24,000 nucleotides of DNA from Escherichia coli (lineage in GTDB: Bacteria > Pseudomonadota > Gammaproteobacteria > Enterobacterales > Enterobacteriaceae). The notes under the pieces are model-generated. The model was not told the origin of the DNA. It did not search any database and was given only the letters and a program-made list of their open reading frames with translations. The first letter of the stretch is position 1. Each line of letters opens with the position of its first letter. The DNA is taken from the NCBI RefSeq assembly GCF_002996665.1, contig NZ_CP027255.1. One strand, written 5' to 3'. The position numbers and the translations under genes are program-made. Of the stretch, positions 21,295-24,000 are shown piece by piece.

Positions 21295-21384
21295 TCAGGA
21301 GTGGTTTTCGAGGTAAAGGACAGCCATGACGATAATCGCCGCCATAATCAGAAATCCTATCAGGATGTAAAATGCTTCTGCCAT
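21295..21384 (-). CDS. Candidate 29-aa single-TM microprotein MAEAFYILIGFLIMAAIIVMAVLYLENHS
   Basis: Complete short ORF between ybdR and rnk with a hydrophobic helix and a weak RBS-like tgggaata just upstream of ATG (21382-21384). The 62-aa track ORF shares its frame but has a less plausible start. Confidence 0.5.
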   Translation of the reverse strand: MAEAFYILIGFLIMAAIIVMAVLYLENHS

Positions 21385-21521
21385 GGTTATTCCCACAAAC
21401 GAAACGGAATAATTTTGCAGCAAAAGTGAACAGTGAGAACCAGGAAAAATTGCTGATTTTGCGTAAAGAGGATGCGAGTGCATCCTCTGGGCAAAGCGAG
21501 TTATCGCTTGTGCAGATGGGA

Positions 21522-21932
21522 TTAAAGCAGGTAGTCGCCAGCAGCTTCTGGCTGGTATTCGAGTTCCAGCACTTCAAGGTGGGTTGCAACGCCGCCCGGA
21601 AGTTCCCAGTGAATGGAATCGCCAACGCGCAGCCCCAGCAGTGCGGCACCTACCGGAGCCATAACGGAAAGCTGAGTATTGCTATCGGTCATTTTTGCCG
21701 GATACACCAGCGTGCGCACACGCACTTCGCCATCGCTAAGATTGCGGAATTTAACCCGGCTGTTCATTGTCACCACGTCGTGTGGCATCTCTTCTGGCGA
21801 ACACATTTGGGCGCGATCCAACTCTGCGTTTAACGCGTCGGCGATTGGCAAACCAGCATAGGCGGGTTGCTCCAGCAGAATATCGATGCGTTCGGCATCC
21901 AGGTCGTTAATGATGATAGTTGGTCTGGACAT
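21522..21932 (-). CDS. rnk: Regulator of nucleoside diphosphate kinase Rnk (GreA/GreB-like)
   Basis: 136-aa [44 protein letters not shown]... with GreA-like C-terminal domain. Confidence 0.96.
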
Positions 21933-21980
21933 TTTTACTCCATGTCGTCGGTACTGCGAGTGTCGCAGATAAACATACCC

Positions 21981-22015
21981 AAAAGAAAACCCTCACCGTC
22001 AGGCGGCGAGGGTTT
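21981..22015 (-). terminator. Intrinsic terminator downstream of rna
   Basis: Plus-strand aaaccctc (21987-21994) and gagggttt (22008-22015) form the stem. On the minus strand it is followed by ttttctttt. Confidence 0.75.
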
Positions 22016-22161
22016 AACTCACATGATGATACTGACTGTTGCTCACTCTTTGAAGTGATTTGCGTCACATTCAGGGAATTCCTCAATGCAGCGCATTATG
22101 TATAATTCTTAATCGTCACGGTTTATGGAAGACGAATTAGCGTGTTTTGTAAATCAGATGA

Positions 22162-22968
22162 TTAATAACCCACTTTATCAATCACAAAGGTTTTGCCACA
22201 GTTGCCTGGGTGTGGTTGTGGCAAGAATGAGTTTGCAGAAAGCGGAGCGTTGATGGCGTCAGCTTTGATCGAGATCTGAATTTCAGTCAAATACGCAGGG
22301 TTACCCTGGCACGTTAGCTTAACTGCTTTCACGTTCTCTTTTCCCCAGCTTTTGGCAAAGGCGGCGTCAAAGTCACGGCGGCTCACTGTTTTACCGTAAT
22401 TATCCGCAAGGAATTTTCCGGCTTCGCTCTCTTTAATTTCTTGATTCAGGCGTACCATCGTACCGAAGTATGCGTCCGGATCAAAACCAAAGCAGGCACC
22501 GTGTTTGGCATATTCGTAGCGTTCCAGGCAGGAACGTCCGCCAGCTCCTGGCATGACTTCACTTAGTTTAGCGGCCGTTTCCAGTGATAACCCGGTTTCC
22601 GGCGATGAACACATTCGGCTGGCGCGTGCTTCTGGTAGATTCGGGATTGGGCGAGTAGCGCAACCGAAGCGCATCCAGCGGCGTTCATCAACACCACGGG
22701 CAGCAACCGATTTAGGCAATCCTGGCCACAGACCATGTACGGTCAGAAAATCAGCTTTGTTGGTCGTTTCGGTTTGCAGGCGACATTCATCTCGTTCGTT
22801 ACGATTTCGATCGTGTTGACTCTGGCAAAATCCGGTTTGCCAGGAGAGGGCCAGGACATAGCGATCAAAATCGCCATACTGTTTTGCCTGCAACGCTACG
22901 GCGTTGGCAGAAGAGAAGGGAAGCAGAGAAACCGCGAGCAACGCGGCGTTACGCCAGAATGCTTTCAT
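22162..22968 (-). CDS. rna: Ribonuclease I (periplasmic RNase T2 family)
   Basis: 268 aa from MKAFWRNAALLAVSLLPFSSANA (signal peptide) with RNase T2 motifs LTVHGLWP and YEYAKHGAC. The upstream start in the track (22986) adds 6 codons before the signal peptide. Confidence 0.96.
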   Translation of the reverse strand: MKAFWRNAALLAVSLLPFSSANAVALQAKQYGDFDRYVLALSWQTGFCQSQHDRNRNERDECRLQTETTNKADFLTVHGLWPGLPKSVAARGVDERRWMRFGCATRPIPNLPEARASRMCSSPETGLSLETAAKLSEVMPGAGGRSCLERYEYAKHGACFGFDPDAYFGTMVRLNQEIKESEAGKFLADNYGKTVSRRDFDAAFAKSWGKENVKAVKLTCQGNPAYLTEIQISIKADAINAPLSANSFLPQPHPGNCGKTFVIDKVGY

Positions 22969-23016
22969 AATGGGTGTGGAACTCATACATACACTGAATA
23001 CTATCTATTAAATCAT

Positions 23017-23050
23017 AAAAAAGCCCGCCAGGTGGGCTAACCTGGCGGGC
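23017..23050 (-). terminator. Rho-independent terminator after citT
   Basis: Minus strand gcccgccagg...cctggcgggc 10-bp stem followed by TTTTTT. Confidence 0.92.
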
Positions 23051-23081
23051 GTGATGATTTATTCAGCGTTTGGCGAACGTA

Positions 23082-24000
23082 TTAGTTCCACATGGCGAGA
23101 ATCGGCCAGCCAACCAACAGCAACATAGAGATGTAAATCACCCCGAAGATTGCGCCAAGACGCCAGTAATCTTTTGATTTCACATAGCCACAGCCGTAAA
23201 TAATCACCCCAGGACCGGTTGCATACGGCGTCAGACAGCCCATGATACCGATAGACAGCACCAGCAGGATACACAGTTGTTCCATTGGTACGCCCGGAAT
23301 ACCTTTACCGACGGCCAGAATAACCGGCAGCATGGTTGCGGTGTGCGCAGACAGGCTGGCAAACAGGTAGTGTGCAAAGTAGAACACCAGAACCAGTACA
23401 ATCACCGTTGCGTTTGGTGAGAATCCTTCCAGGTGCGTACTCATGGTACCGGCGAACCAGTCAATAAAGCCAGAACGAGTCAGGCCGTTAGCCATCACAA
23501 CCAGAGTTGCCAGGTTGACCAGCGTGTTCCATGCGCTGTTATAGCGGGTAATATCTTTCCAAGGCACAACGTGCAGGGCCAGCATTAGCGAAACTGCCAG
23601 CAGACCAACTGCAGTAGCATTAATGACTTCACTGCCAAAAACCCACAAACCTAAGCTGAGCAATACAAGGCCAATCAGTGTCCACTCTCTGCGTGTCAGC
23701 GCACCCATGGTTTTCAGTTCATCACCCGCCCAGGTTGCCACTTCTTCACTGTGTGTGATTTCCGGTTTGTACAGCACGTAGGAAAGCCACGGCGCAATGA
23801 TAAGCAAGATAACCCCAACCGGCAGGAAGCAGAGGAACCACTGCAACCAGCTAATCTGGATACCGGCAATTTTGCTGACGAACTCCAGACCCAGCACGTT
23901 TGGTGCCGCACCGGTGACAAACATGGACGAACTCAGACTGGTACTAATGACCATCATCCACATCAAATAGCCGCCAATACGACGCGCGGACGGATCGTTG
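23082..24000 (-). CDS. citT: Citrate:succinate antiporter CitT, C-terminal part (runs off the window end)
   Basis: Frame stays open to position 24000 (...NDPSARRIGGYLMWMMVISTSLSSSMFVTGAAPNVLGLEF...), DASS family ending VGWPILAMWN. The Met at 23966 is internal. Confidence 0.95.
   Translation of the reverse strand, partial: NDPSARRIGGYLMWMMVISTSLSSSMFVTGAAPNVLGLEFVSKIAGIQISWLQWFLCFLPVGVILLIIAPWLSYVLYKPEITHSEEVATWAGDELKTMGALTRREWTLIGLVLLSLGLWVFGSEVINATAVGLLAVSLMLALHVVPWKDITRYNSAWNTLVNLATLVVMANGLTRSGFIDWFAGTMSTHLEGFSPNATVIVLVLVFYFAHYLFASLSAHTATMLPVILAVGKGIPGVPMEQLCILLVLSIGIMGCLTPYATGPGVIIYGCGYVKSKDYWRLGAIFGVIYISMLLLVGWPILAMWN

Overview
This 24 kb window looks like core chromosome of Escherichia coli or a very close relative. 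I identified it by recognising the proteins, not by a database search. Gene order: 5' end of fepD (-), entS (+), fepB (-), entCEBA-entH (+), cstA-ybdD (+), ybdH/hcxA (-), ybdL (+), ybdM-ybdN (-), ybdO/citR (-), dsbG (-), ahpC-ahpF (+), uspG (-), ybdR (+), a candidate 29-aa membrane microprotein (-), rnk (-), rna (-), and the 3' part of citT (-). DsbG and RNase I differ by a few residues from the K-12 proteins as I remember them, so this is probably not K-12 itself. I see no prophage, IS element, CRISPR array, tRNA or rRNA. No obviously new multi-gene system is present. The best candidates for follow-up are: the overlapping ybdN-ybdM pair (PP-loop/PAPS-reductase-like plus ParB/Srx-like) beside an AT-rich LysR gene; a MetJ-like operator between ybdH and ybdL; three GC-rich box C-like palindromes, two of them in the fepB leader; an intrinsic attenuator between ahpC and ahpF; a strong hairpin between dsbG and ybdO; and the microprotein between ybdR and rnk.
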